Part shown: piece after piece, positions 1-8,377 of the stretch
How the letters are laid out: the number at the start of each line of letters is the position of its first letter
How positions within the stretch are numbered: the stretch's first letter is position 1
Source: Chloroflexota bacterium
GTDB taxonomy: Bacteria > Chloroflexota > UBA11872
Direction of reading: 5' to 3'
DNA: 61,232 nt
Assembly: GCA_047516685.1 (NCBI GenBank)
Contig: JAKZUJ010000032.1
Location: 1 to 61,232 of the forward strand
The notes under the pieces: model-generated
What the model saw: the letters and a program-made list of their open reading frames with translations, nothing else
Databases searched by the model: none
Told to the model about the DNA's origin: nothing
Program-made: the position numbers and the translations under genes

Positions 1-665
1 CCGTTCGTCAGCACCGTAATCCGGTCGGTGAAGTCCTGGGCGCCCTGCACCACCTCAAAGATGTAGTCGCCCACCCCCACGATCGCCAGATGCTGGTCCA
101 CGTGCAGGTGGCCGTCGCATCGAATGCACAGGTGCCAACCCCGGCTGTTGCCGGCGAAGCGGTAGACCAGTTGATGCTTGCGATACATCCGGTGCGCCGT
201 TTCGTTGACCTCGATTTCCGGCCACCCGTCCTCGAACCCGCTGGCCACCACCACGGTCCGCCCCAGCGCGGCGGTGGTCGCGCCCACCTCGCCGTCCCGC
301 GTCAGCGGCTCAGTCGCGTAGGTCAGCCGAAAAGAGCCGTCAGGCACTCTCTCCAGGTCCAGCGCGAATCCATCGGCCCGCCGAATCCCAGCCATCCGAT
401 CCACGCCGCCTCGTTGGATCGTCCGTTCCGGCTGACTTTCGATCCAGCCCTTGAGGGCCTTCGCAAACTGCACGCCGGTGATCCCCGCGAACACCGGCGC
501 GTCCTCGATCTTGACCGTCTTCGACCAGTAGGCCCGCCCCCGCCGGCGGCTCACCTTGCTGGCGTCCAGCAGCAGCACGTGTCGCATCTGGTGCGCCGCG
601 CTCACCGCCGCCTGCGTCCCCGCTGGCCCGGCGCCGACAACCAGCACTTCGAACACCTCGCTCAT
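1..665 (-). CDS. FAD-dependent pyridine nucleotide-disulfide oxidoreductase, thioredoxin-reductase-like (C-terminus cut by window edge)
   Basis: Absent from the ORF track because it runs off the window. Own translation from ATG 665-663 gives MSEVFEVLVVGAGPAGTQAAV... (GxGxxG) and ...GWHLCIRCDGH... (CxxC where TrxR has CATCDG). The frame stays open to nt 1. Confidence 0.75.
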   Translation of the reverse strand, partial: MSEVFEVLVVGAGPAGTQAAVSAAHQMRHVLLLDASKVSRRRGRAYWSKTVKIEDAPVFAGITGVQFAKALKGWIESQPERTIQRGGVDRMAGIRRADGFALDLERVPDGSFRLTYATEPLTRDGEVGATTAALGRTVVVASGFEDGWPEIEVNETAHRMYRKHQLVYRFAGNSRGWHLCIRCDGHLHVDQHLAIVGVGDYIFEVVQGAQDFTDRITVLTN

Positions 666-696
666 CCGACTTGCCCGCGGTGTCCTTCGCGTCGCC

Positions 697-1695
697 TCAC
701 GGCGCTGGCTTCGGCGCCCATTCCTCTGCCTCCGTGATCGCGTCAATCATCTTCATCGTACCCACGGCGTCATCCAGCGTCGGGGCCGGGAACGTCACCG
801 GCTGGCCCGTCCGAACAGCCCGCAGGAATGCCCGCGACTCGCCCGGAAATCCCGGCTTCAGCCGCCGGTCCAGACCCGTCAATTCGAAATGAATCGGATC
901 GCGCCCGTGCCGATCCAACGTGCACGATGCCAGCCCGTCGACCGAAGTCAACACGGCACTGGCGGTCCGTGCCTGATAGTGATGGCCCGTTCCCTTCGGC
1001 CCAAAGTGATCCGCGATGGCCCGTCCCACCGCGCCGGACTCGAACTCCAGCAGCGCGCTGAAACTGTCCGGCTTCGGCAACGCGCGTTGTCGCACCATTG
1101 GCGTCACGCTGGCCACGTCGCCGCCCAGGTACCGCAGCAGGTCCAGCGCGTGAATGCTGTTCGCATACACCCAGCGCATCGCCACTTCCGGCGGAAACTT
1201 GGAACCGTCCCACTTGTCCCCCGCGACTTCGTCCGCATGCACGGTCACCGACACCACATCTCCCGTGTCCAGCAGCGCCTCGCGCCCCGCCTGCAGGCAC
1301 GTATAGAACCTGCGGTTGAAGCCGACCATCGCCGTTGTTCCCGTCTCGCGCACCGCCTGCGCCAGCCGTTCGGTGTCGGCGGAGTACAGCCCCGGCGGCT
1401 TTTCCAGGAATGTTGGTACACCCGCGCGGATGAAATGCTCCGCCACTCCGGCCACCGCCAGCACGCTCACCAGCACGTACACGGCGTCGAACTCGCCCCA
1501 GGCCTGAAGCTCATCAACGCTGGTGAACGTCTGCCTGACGCCGAATTCACGCGCCGTTGCGTTCACGGCTTCCGGGTCGATGTCGCACAGCGCCGCCACC
1601 TCGGCTTCCGGCAGCGCCTGCAACACCGGTATGTGTTGGCCAGCAATGTTCTTGGTGCCGATCACGGCGCATCGAACGGGGTTTGGCTCGGGCAT
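697..1695 (-). CDS. Gfo/Idh/MocA family oxidoreductase
   Basis: ORF 697..1755. Start moved to the internal ATG (MPEPNPVRCAVIGTKNIAGQH...). It has an N-terminal Rossmann segment and an FLEKPPG (EKP) motif typical of the family. Confidence 0.8.
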   Translation of the reverse strand: MPEPNPVRCAVIGTKNIAGQHIPVLQALPEAEVAALCDIDPEAVNATAREFGVRQTFTSVDELQAWGEFDAVYVLVSVLAVAGVAEHFIRAGVPTFLEKPPGLYSADTERLAQAVRETGTTAMVGFNRRFYTCLQAGREALLDTGDVVSVTVHADEVAGDKWDGSKFPPEVAMRWVYANSIHALDLLRYLGGDVASVTPMVRQRALPKPDSFSALLEFESGAVGRAIADHFGPKGTGHHYQARTASAVLTSVDGLASCTLDRHGRDPIHFELTGLDRRLKPGFPGESRAFLRAVRTGQPVTFPAPTLDDAVGTMKMIDAITEAEEWAPKPAP

Positions 1696-1757
1696 ATCAG
1701 CCTCCTTGGCGCTTGCGGCGTATCCTCGCACGCCCCTCGAACGCGCGCCCACCACGC

Positions 1758-2609
1758 ATGGCTCTGAACCGCGACCGCATCGCGGACGACTTGCGGCGCC
1801 TTGGGGTGCGCCCCGGCCAGATCCTCATGCCGCACAGCTCCCTCCGCAGCCTGGGCCAGGTCGACGGCGCCGCGCCCACTGTCGTCGACGCCCTGCTCGA
1901 TGCGCTCGGCCCCGATGGCACCCTGGTCGGCTCCTCCTTCAACTACGCCACCGCGCAGGCCTCCGACTTCGTATTCGACCCGCTCAACACCCCGTCCGAT
2001 ATGGGCGCCATCGCCGACGAGATCCGCCGCCGCGCCGGCAACGACCGCAGCCGCCATCTCACCCACAGCGTCAGCGCCAGCGGCCGCCACGCCCAAACCA
2101 TCGTCACCGCCGGAGGCTTGACCGCCTGGGACGCCGACAGCCCGCTGGGCGCCGTCTTCAAGCTCGGCGGACAATTCCTCCTGCTCGGCGTGACCTACCA
2201 GAGTTTCACCGCCGCCCACGTTCTCGAAGTGGCGTTTCCACTCCGCTACCGCACGATCGGTACCTTGCGCCGGCGGCTCCGCCAGGCGGACGGAGCACTC
2301 ATCCCCTTCGAGAGCACCATTTACCTTCGCGATGTCACCTATCCCGGCTACGACTTCAACCGGCTCGGACAGGCCCTGGAAGACGCCGGACTGACCCGCG
2401 TTGGACCCGTGGGGAACGCCATTTCCCGCCTCATCCCGGCCCAGCCCATGCGTGAATTCGCGACCGAGCAAATCAAGCGAGACCCCGACTACCTCCTACA
2501 GCGAGGATCGGGCGTCACACCCCTCCGCGGCGGCGTCACCCTCAACCTCCCGCGCGGCGACCTCTCGGTCGTCGATCCTCGAACAATTTTTAAATCTCGT
2601 TCAACCTGA
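1758..2609 (+). CDS. Aminoglycoside N3-acetyltransferase (AAC(3)/Antibiotic_NAT) family protein
   Basis: Internal ATG of ORF 1557..2609 (MALNRDRIADDLRRLGV...). The LMPHSSLRSLGQVDGAAPTVVDALLDALGPDGTLV block matches the AAC(3) family N-terminal signature. Confidence 0.7.
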   Translation: MALNRDRIADDLRRLGVRPGQILMPHSSLRSLGQVDGAAPTVVDALLDALGPDGTLVGSSFNYATAQASDFVFDPLNTPSDMGAIADEIRRRAGNDRSRHLTHSVSASGRHAQTIVTAGGLTAWDADSPLGAVFKLGGQFLLLGVTYQSFTAAHVLEVAFPLRYRTIGTLRRRLRQADGALIPFESTIYLRDVTYPGYDFNRLGQALEDAGLTRVGPVGNAISRLIPAQPMREFATEQIKRDPDYLLQRGSGVTPLRGGVTLNLPRGDLSVVDPRTIFKSRST

Positions 2610-2672
2610 CCGAGCGGCGCCGTGCGCCCGTTTATGCTTAGCATGAGACGAAAGGTTCGTGGGAAATAGCCC

Positions 2673-2840
2673 ATGCGTCGCGATCAATTGCAAAACCGCG
2701 TCCGTTCTCCCCGCATCACCCGCCGTCGCGCCCTGCTGGCCGGCGTGGTCGCCGCCGGAGTCCTGAGCCTGCTGGCGGCGTGCGGTGACGACGACGACGA
2801 AAGCGGGAAATTCAAGCTCCGTAGCGGAGCAAGCTGGTAG
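2673..2840 (+). CDS. 55-aa mini-ORF with a Tat-like signal and lipobox (possible small lipoprotein or gene remnant)
   Basis: Own translation: MRRDQLQNRVRSPRITRRRALLAGVVAAGVLSLLAACGDDDDESGKFKLRSGASW*. It has a twin-Arg n-region, a hydrophobic core and an LAAC lipobox, then stops after 18 more residues. It falls below the ORF-track size cutoff. Confidence 0.3.
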   Translation: MRRDQLQNRVRSPRITRRRALLAGVVAAGVLSLLAACGDDDDESGKFKLRSGASW

Positions 2841-3254
2841 TCGGCGGGACTGGCAACTGCCGCCAAAGGCCTCCGCAGGGCCACGCGGCAACCGTCGGAG
2901 TTGACGACCTGGCGAACAGTCGGCGCCCTGTGGGTCTTGCGGCTGTCAGCCGAGCGTGCCCGGATTGGTGGGGCCGCCGCGGTGCCGTGGGCTGCCGTCA
3001 CCACGCCAGATGGCAGGTTGGTGGTGTCACAGGTTGACCCGTACTAAATTCCCGCGCACGCGGAAACAACCGGTACCATGCGCCGCCCCATGTACCGAGT
3101 GAGACGTGAGTGCGCCCGTGGACCATGGGTCCCTGTGCCGCCCGTCGATTTCAAAGTGACCCACGACCGGCAGGTTTCCGTATCAGCGCGTACGCGCTAC
3201 CATTCAGGTGGCTCTGACCAAGTGCCGCGGGTCCTAGGGGACGCAGGAGGGGAT

Positions 3255-4724
3255 ATGCGACATCTGACACGTCGAGAAATGCTTCGAGCCGGGAGTGCTG
3301 GCGCTATTGGAGCCGCCGGCGTTGCCGTGCTGGCGGCGTGTGGCGAAGGCGAAGTCGTCGAGGTCGTCAAAATCGTCACGCAGGTCACGCAGGTCGAGAG
3401 GATCGTCGAGAGAGAAGTCCCGGTCACGGTCGAGAAGATCGTCATGGCCCCTACCGCCGCGCCCGCGGCGGAACCCGTCAGCGTGCGCTTCGCCACGGAC
3501 CACACCTCCGGCCCGCGCGGCAACGCCATGAAGTGGGGAATGGAGCAGTTCTCGCGCCAGTTCCCCAACATCCCCGTGAAGATTGACGTCATCGGCGGTG
3601 ACTACTTCGACGCCCTCAACCTGCAGTTCGCCGCTGGCAGCATGGCTGAGGCCATCCTGTTTGAGGGCAACCTCTACCAGGCGCACTATTCGGCCGGATT
3701 CTTCCCGGACATCACCGACCAGGTGGAAAAGCTGGGCTTTTCGCTGGACGACTACTGGGTGCTGCCCACCGGCTGGCTCCCCTGGGAAGGCGCTCTCTAC
3801 CAGGCCAACGGCCGCCTGCACGGGCTTCCGTTCCAGGGCGGCATGAACGGCCTCGTCTACAACGTCTCCCTGTTCGAAGCCAACGGCGTGGACCAGCCCG
3901 CCGAGGGCTGGACTTGGGATGACGCGATGGAGGCCTCCCGCGCGCTCACCGACGCCGATAGCGACCAGTTCGGCATGTGGGCGCCCACCAGCGACCAGTT
4001 CGGCTGGGGACCCATGCTGTGGTCCAACGGCGTTGAATTCTGGTACGACGAGAACGGCGTGTCCCAGTTGGATTCGTCGCCCGCGATTGAAGCGCTCGCC
4101 TGGGCCCACGGCAGCATGCACACCGAAAACGTCGCCTTCACGCAGGAAATTCAGCAGCGCGTCGCCGGTGAGTTCGGTGACCCGTTCTCCTCCGGCAAGG
4201 TTGGTCTCTGGCCCGGTGGCCGTGTCTACAGCACCGGCTTCGGCATCCCGCGAATCAAGGACCGCTTCACTTGGTCCGTCGCTCCGATGTACGCGGCGCC
4301 CAAGACCGGACAGGTGCGGCATGGCTGGAACGACCAGCCGCACATCGTCACCATCGCCGCCGAGCGGCTGGGCAACCTTGATCAGACCGTCCAGCTGGTC
4401 ACCTACCTCGCGGGTCCGGAATATCAGGCTCGCGTCGGGATCGACCGTGGCCACTTCCCGGTCTACAAGGAAGTCGCCGATCTACCCGAGTCGCTGGCGG
4501 GCCCACCCGAAGGCATGCACTGGCTCAAGACCTACGCCACCACGCCCGAACCGCGCACCCCTGGCTACTTCCCGTACTGGGACGAGTTCATCGGCGCGTA
4601 TCGGACAGTGGCATCCAAGCTTTGGGTCAACGAAGTTGGCCCGGAGGAAGCCGGAGCCAAGATGGCCGCGGACACCAACGCCATCTTCAACACGTACGAC
4701 GACTGGACGCCGATCCCGGCCTAG
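3255..4724 (+). CDS. ABC transporter substrate-binding lipoprotein (carbohydrate, family-1 SBP-like)
   Basis: ORF 3078..4724. ATG 3255 follows AGGAGGGG. MRHLTRREMLRAGSAGAIGAAGVAVLAACGEGE gives a Tat-like signal plus lipobox. The body has family-1 solute-binding character. No permease or ATPase gene is adjacent. Confidence 0.85.
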   Translation: MRHLTRREMLRAGSAGAIGAAGVAVLAACGEGEVVEVVKIVTQVTQVERIVEREVPVTVEKIVMAPTAAPAAEPVSVRFATDHTSGPRGNAMKWGMEQFSRQFPNIPVKIDVIGGDYFDALNLQFAAGSMAEAILFEGNLYQAHYSAGFFPDITDQVEKLGFSLDDYWVLPTGWLPWEGALYQANGRLHGLPFQGGMNGLVYNVSLFEANGVDQPAEGWTWDDAMEASRALTDADSDQFGMWAPTSDQFGWGPMLWSNGVEFWYDENGVSQLDSSPAIEALAWAHGSMHTENVAFTQEIQQRVAGEFGDPFSSGKVGLWPGGRVYSTGFGIPRIKDRFTWSVAPMYAAPKTGQVRHGWNDQPHIVTIAAERLGNLDQTVQLVTYLAGPEYQARVGIDRGHFPVYKEVADLPESLAGPPEGMHWLKTYATTPEPRTPGYFPYWDEFIGAYRTVASKLWVNEVGPEEAGAKMAADTNAIFNTYDDWTPIPA

Positions 4725-4739
4725 TCTTCGCAGTTCCTC

Positions 4740-4772
4740 AAACGGCCCGCCGCCCCGCGCGGCGGGCCGTTT
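4740..4772 (+). terminator. GC-rich hairpin 16 nt after the SBP stop (candidate intrinsic terminator)
   Basis: aaacggcccgcc(4740-4751)/ggcgggccgttt(4761-4772) form a perfect 12-bp stem. The trailing T-run is only TTT. Confidence 0.5.
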
Positions 4773-4792
4773 GGCATGCCCGCCACCACCCC

Positions 4793-4952
4793 CTCATGGT
4801 GAGCCTCCATCCGTTCGTGGCGAGCCGGTCCGCCGGTCCGCCGGAGGACCGAGTCCGTTCGTGGTGAGCCGGTCCACAGGTCCGCCGGAGGACCGAGTCG
4901 AACCACAGCCCCCGCCCCCTCCGTTCATGGTGAGCCGGGTCGAACCGCGAAC
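4793..4952. repeat. Tandem GC-rich intergenic repeats: two 44-bp units plus truncated copies
   Basis: Unit 1 is 4811-4854 (ccgttcgtggCgagccggtccGCCggtccgccggaggaccgagt). Unit 2 is 4855-4898, with 4 mismatches. Partial copies lie at 4793-4810 (tcatggtgagcc) and 4921-4948 (ccgttcatggtgagccgggtcgaaccgc). Each unit holds an internal ggtcc...ggacc hairpin. Confidence 0.75.
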
Positions 4953-5013
4953 TTGCCCCAAATCTCAAAAACCCCAGGCTCAGGCCCGTGCCAGACTCAG
5001 CCGGGGCCGGCGC

Positions 5014-6720
5014 TCAGCCCAACTCCACCGCCCCCTCCGCCGCCAGATCCGCAATCACCGTCCCAACAATCGGCCGTAGCGCCGCCGCGTCGGTTCGCAC
5101 GCTCCCCGCAAACCGCTCCGCCAGCGTCTGCGCCACCTGCGCCCCACTACGACGACCGTCCAGCAGATTCAGCACCGACAGCGTCGGCAGCGACAGCAGA
5201 ATCTCCCGCTTATCCCCGTTCGTCGCCCCCGGCAATTCCACCTGCGTAACCGGCCGCAATCCCCGTTCCGTTTCCTGCATCCACGCCCGAACGCCCGCGC
5301 CCGCCACAAACGCCGGAGTCCCGGCCAGTGCCTGCTCCGCCGTCACCGCGATTCCCTCTCGCGCCAACGGAAGTGCTGGTGTCTCCGCAGGCAGTGGAGG
5401 GGCGCCGTGCGCCCCCTCCGCCGCCAGATTTTCGTACGTCACCGCCAGCTGCCCCGGTGTAAACCCGCCCATGTAGCGAATCGACTCTTCAGGCGACTCC
5501 CGCGTCAGCCCCGACGAAATGAACACGAACGCCTGTCGCAACGACAAGTTCTGACTGGGGTCCACCAGCCGGTGCGCCGTCCAGTACCACGACTCCTGCA
5601 ATCGCTGCCCGTGGTACCAGTGATTCGCCATGTCCACGAAGTCGTTGGCTTGCTGGAGGTAGCCCTCCTGGTACCAGTCCATCGCCAGCCCGTTCAGGTC
5701 CGGCGCTACCAGCGAGGTGCGGATGGCCTTGGCTGCTCGCAGCACCCCCTGCAGCGCCAGCGCGATCCCCGACGCCAGAATCGGGTCCACGAAACACGCC
5801 GCGTCCCCTACCAGCAGATAGCCGGGACCGTGGAACTGCCGGCAGATAAACGACCAGTCCGTCACGATGTCAAAGTCGCCCGCCCAGCGCCCGCCCTCCA
5901 GCAGCTGCTTGAAGTCTTCGCACGATTCGACCTGGCGCTGCCAGTACGCCCGCCGTTCGGTCCGGGTCATGCCGCGAATTCGTTCGGGGTCGGTCACCAG
6001 CCCAATGCTGCGCAGACCGCCCGCCAGCGGGATGTGCCACAGCCATCCGTCGTCCACGGCCACCACGTACACGTTGCCCGAGTCTGTGGGCTCCATGTCC
6101 TGCAGCACGTCCGGGAGCGTGGCCGGCCCGCCGTGGTAGTGCCCGAACAGCGCCACGTGCCGCAGGTTCTCGTTGTGCTCCCGCAGCCGGAACTGCCGCC
6201 CCAGCACCGACCACTGCCCCGAAGCGTCCACGCATAGCCGCGCGCGAACTTCGCCCCGATTGCCGTCCCCGTCCGTATACGCAAGCCCAGTCACCCGCCC
6301 ATCAGTCGTCAGGGCGCGCGTGACCTGGTGGCTTTCCCGTACGTCCACGCCTTCGTCCCGCGCGTGATCCAGCAGCAGCTTGTCGAACACTTCGCGGTTG
6401 CACTGAAAAGTGAACGTGCGGTCCTGCGAAATCTCCGAAAAGCGAATCGTCCACGGATCGCGCGACCGCCCCCAGATATACGTGGCGCCGTACTTGCGCG
6501 TGAAGCCCGCCCGCTCCACCCGCTCCAGCGCTCCCGTCTTCGCCAGCGCGAACAGCACCCCCGGTAGCATCGACTCGCCCACGTGCGGACGTGGAAACGT
6601 CTCCCGTTCCAGCAGCGTCACCCGGTAGCCGCTCTGACGCAGCAACGTAGCCAGCGAGGACCCCGCCGGCCCCCCGCCAATCACCGCAATGTCGGTCTCA
6701 ACAGCCCGCATGGCGCCCAC
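5014..6720 (-). CDS. Flavin-dependent halogenase (tryptophan-halogenase family) with a C-terminal PqqD/RRE-like domain
   Basis: Motifs seen: DIAVIGGGPAGS (GxGxxG), FPRPHVGESMLP, the halogenase-diagnostic WxWxIP motif (GWLWHIPL, nt ~6020-6050) and GDAACFVDPILASG. The C-terminal ~100 aa are PqqD-like (LNLLDGRRSGAQVAQTLAERF...IADLAAEGAVEL). The start may be ATG 6711 rather than GTG 6720. Confidence 0.8.
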   Translation of the reverse strand: MGAMRAVETDIAVIGGGPAGSSLATLLRQSGYRVTLLERETFPRPHVGESMLPGVLFALAKTGALERVERAGFTRKYGATYIWGRSRDPWTIRFSEISQDRTFTFQCNREVFDKLLLDHARDEGVDVRESHQVTRALTTDGRVTGLAYTDGDGNRGEVRARLCVDASGQWSVLGRQFRLREHNENLRHVALFGHYHGGPATLPDVLQDMEPTDSGNVYVVAVDDGWLWHIPLAGGLRSIGLVTDPERIRGMTRTERRAYWQRQVESCEDFKQLLEGGRWAGDFDIVTDWSFICRQFHGPGYLLVGDAACFVDPILASGIALALQGVLRAAKAIRTSLVAPDLNGLAMDWYQEGYLQQANDFVDMANHWYHGQRLQESWYWTAHRLVDPSQNLSLRQAFVFISSGLTRESPEESIRYMGGFTPGQLAVTYENLAAEGAHGAPPLPAETPALPLAREGIAVTAEQALAGTPAFVAGAGVRAWMQETERGLRPVTQVELPGATNGDKREILLSLPTLSVLNLLDGRRSGAQVAQTLAERFAGSVRTDAAALRPIVGTVIADLAAEGAVELG

Positions 6721-7156
6721 TCCCCCTATGCGTTCGTCTCCGTCAATCCCGCCGTCGTCCCGGCGTCTTCAGCGGGCACCAAGTTTGCCTTCGTTGTTTC
6801 GGGGTCTTCACCCGGAATCCAGTACTCATCCCCATCTTGTCACTCCGGCGTCCCAACCCGGAACCCATCCTCCCCCTCCCCTCTCGCCCCCCGTCTTGCG
6901 CCCGTGCTCGTTCCGCACCATCTGCGAATTCACCTTCCTCGACGATCAGCCGCGCCCGCCTCAGTGAAATCCGTCCCGAACGCCGAGTTAAGTCGTCCGA
7001 AAGACTCCCCAAGCCGCATCAGTGCCTCGCCAGCGAGACACGCACCGCGGGGCGTGGCGAAAACTCAACTGCAACCGCGCAACCAGTCTCACAATGGGCA
7101 GGCAGGGTGCGGCAAGGCGGCTTCGGCGCAGACTCCTCCGGGGCTCATGCGTTCAC

Positions 7157-8377
7157 TCACCGGACCAGCACGGAGTCCAGCGAACCTTCGAAGACCTTGT
7201 ACGTAAAGACCCCGTCCTCCGTAAGGGTGAATTGCAACACTGGGATCAGACCGACCTCTTCCCGATTGACGTTCGGCCGCGCGGCGAGCATCCAGGTCCC
7301 CGGCGCCAGTTGCGCCTGCGACGCCGAGAGGCTTGTGTAGGCACTGCCGTCCCACAGCGCCAGCGTTCCCGTCCGAAGCTCGAACTCGTACAAGAAGAAG
7401 TAGCCGTGCGCTTCGGTTTCGAGAACGGGCGCCACTTGGCCGTCGAACCACCGAACAAACACGGAGTTGAATTCCACCGTTCCAAATCGATACGGAAGCC
7501 GCCACGGAGAATCGTCCGTTGCCACCACCACCCAGTCCTGCCCCTGCCACCGATCGGTGGCCCGATCGGTAAATGTGGCGGTGAACGAGATACGTTGGTC
7601 GGCCACCCGCACGTCCGAAAGCACGATGCTGAAGTGCCGCGGCGGCGGATCAACGATCGGCCCGATGGCGCCCCTGGGCGCATAGACCGCGACTTCGTGA
7701 TTCCACCACACCGGACGTCGAGCGTCACGATCGAAGGTGGATGGAGCCATCCGGGCCGGGACAACCACCAGATCGGTCTCTTGCGCATGCAGCGATCTCG
7801 TGGCGCTGCGCGTCATCAGGTGGGGGCTCGAGAAATCCGCCGAGCCATGCAGTTGCGCATGCGCCAAGGCCGATGCTATTCGAGGTACGTGCCGCGGCTG
7901 GAGACTTGGCGCCAAATAGACGTCGGTCGACGCAGGCACGGCCTGCCGCAGGGACTCATAGGAAGCGGGGGCGTAGCTCCCGGTCAGGTCACGAAACGCT
8001 GGCAGAATTCGAAACAGCGCGTCCGATTCCGTACGGACTAGCCGCTCGAACAGCTGTGGGTCCTCCAGCCAGCGTTGGGCGTGATCGGGCAACTTCCCGA
8101 TCCACGCGTCGGTGGCATGCAGGTACTCGAAACCCTGCCGGCGAAGCGGCCCGGGTTCCAAATAACGCGCGACGTCATCGAAACCTGGGCCGATATACGG
8201 GCGGAGGTGTAGGTGTCCCGCAAGTCCCGAGGCGTTTGGACGCCCCGTTGCGATGCTAAACGCGCTCGCCTGCGGCGAGAACACGCGCGTGTTCACCGCG
8301 GTATGGTCACGCACATAGCTGACCACCTCGTCCGATGCCGAACCGGCGATCGCGCCAACCATTCGCCGATCCGTCAT
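7157..8377 (-). CDS. Hypothetical protein (406 aa; no recognisable domain)
   Basis: ORF 7157..8407. ATG 8377 is preceded by GAGGAT at good spacing. GC3-rich codon usage and balanced composition suggest real coding. No signal peptide or TM segment was seen. Confidence 0.6.
   Translation of the reverse strand: MTDRRMVGAIAGSASDEVVSYVRDHTAVNTRVFSPQASAFSIATGRPNASGLAGHLHLRPYIGPGFDDVARYLEPGPLRRQGFEYLHATDAWIGKLPDHAQRWLEDPQLFERLVRTESDALFRILPAFRDLTGSYAPASYESLRQAVPASTDVYLAPSLQPRHVPRIASALAHAQLHGSADFSSPHLMTRSATRSLHAQETDLVVVPARMAPSTFDRDARRPVWWNHEVAVYAPRGAIGPIVDPPPRHFSIVLSDVRVADQRISFTATFTDRATDRWQGQDWVVVATDDSPWRLPYRFGTVEFNSVFVRWFDGQVAPVLETEAHGYFFLYEFELRTGTLALWDGSAYTSLSASQAQLAPGTWMLAARPNVNREEVGLIPVLQFTLTEDGVFTYKVFEGSLDSVLVR

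Noticed and set aside
1758-2609. AAC(3)-family gene as evidence of an antibiotic-resistance island.
   Set aside because: There are no mobile-element genes, integron features or compositional break. The family has many non-resistance environmental members, and the gene is flanked by ordinary oxidoreductases.
4793-4952. Possible CRISPR array.
   Set aside because: The repeats are directly adjacent with no unique spacers, only about 2 full units exist, and no cas genes are in the window.
4721-4968. Small ORFs (61-81 aa, both strands) across the SBP/halogenase spacer, including repeated ...HHER... and ...FV(A/V)SRS.GPPEDRV... peptides that could look like repeated RiPP cores.
   Set aside because: The repetition is explained by the 44-bp DNA repeats. 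These units resemble widespread non-coding intergenic repeats that are known to generate spurious ORFs. There are no start or SD signals.
6743-7012. 89-aa minus-strand ORF upstream of the halogenase.
   Set aside because: It has a TTG start, is Arg/Gly-rich and uses low-GC3 codons. Only its 3' 41-codon part is kept as a weak precursor candidate in the findings.
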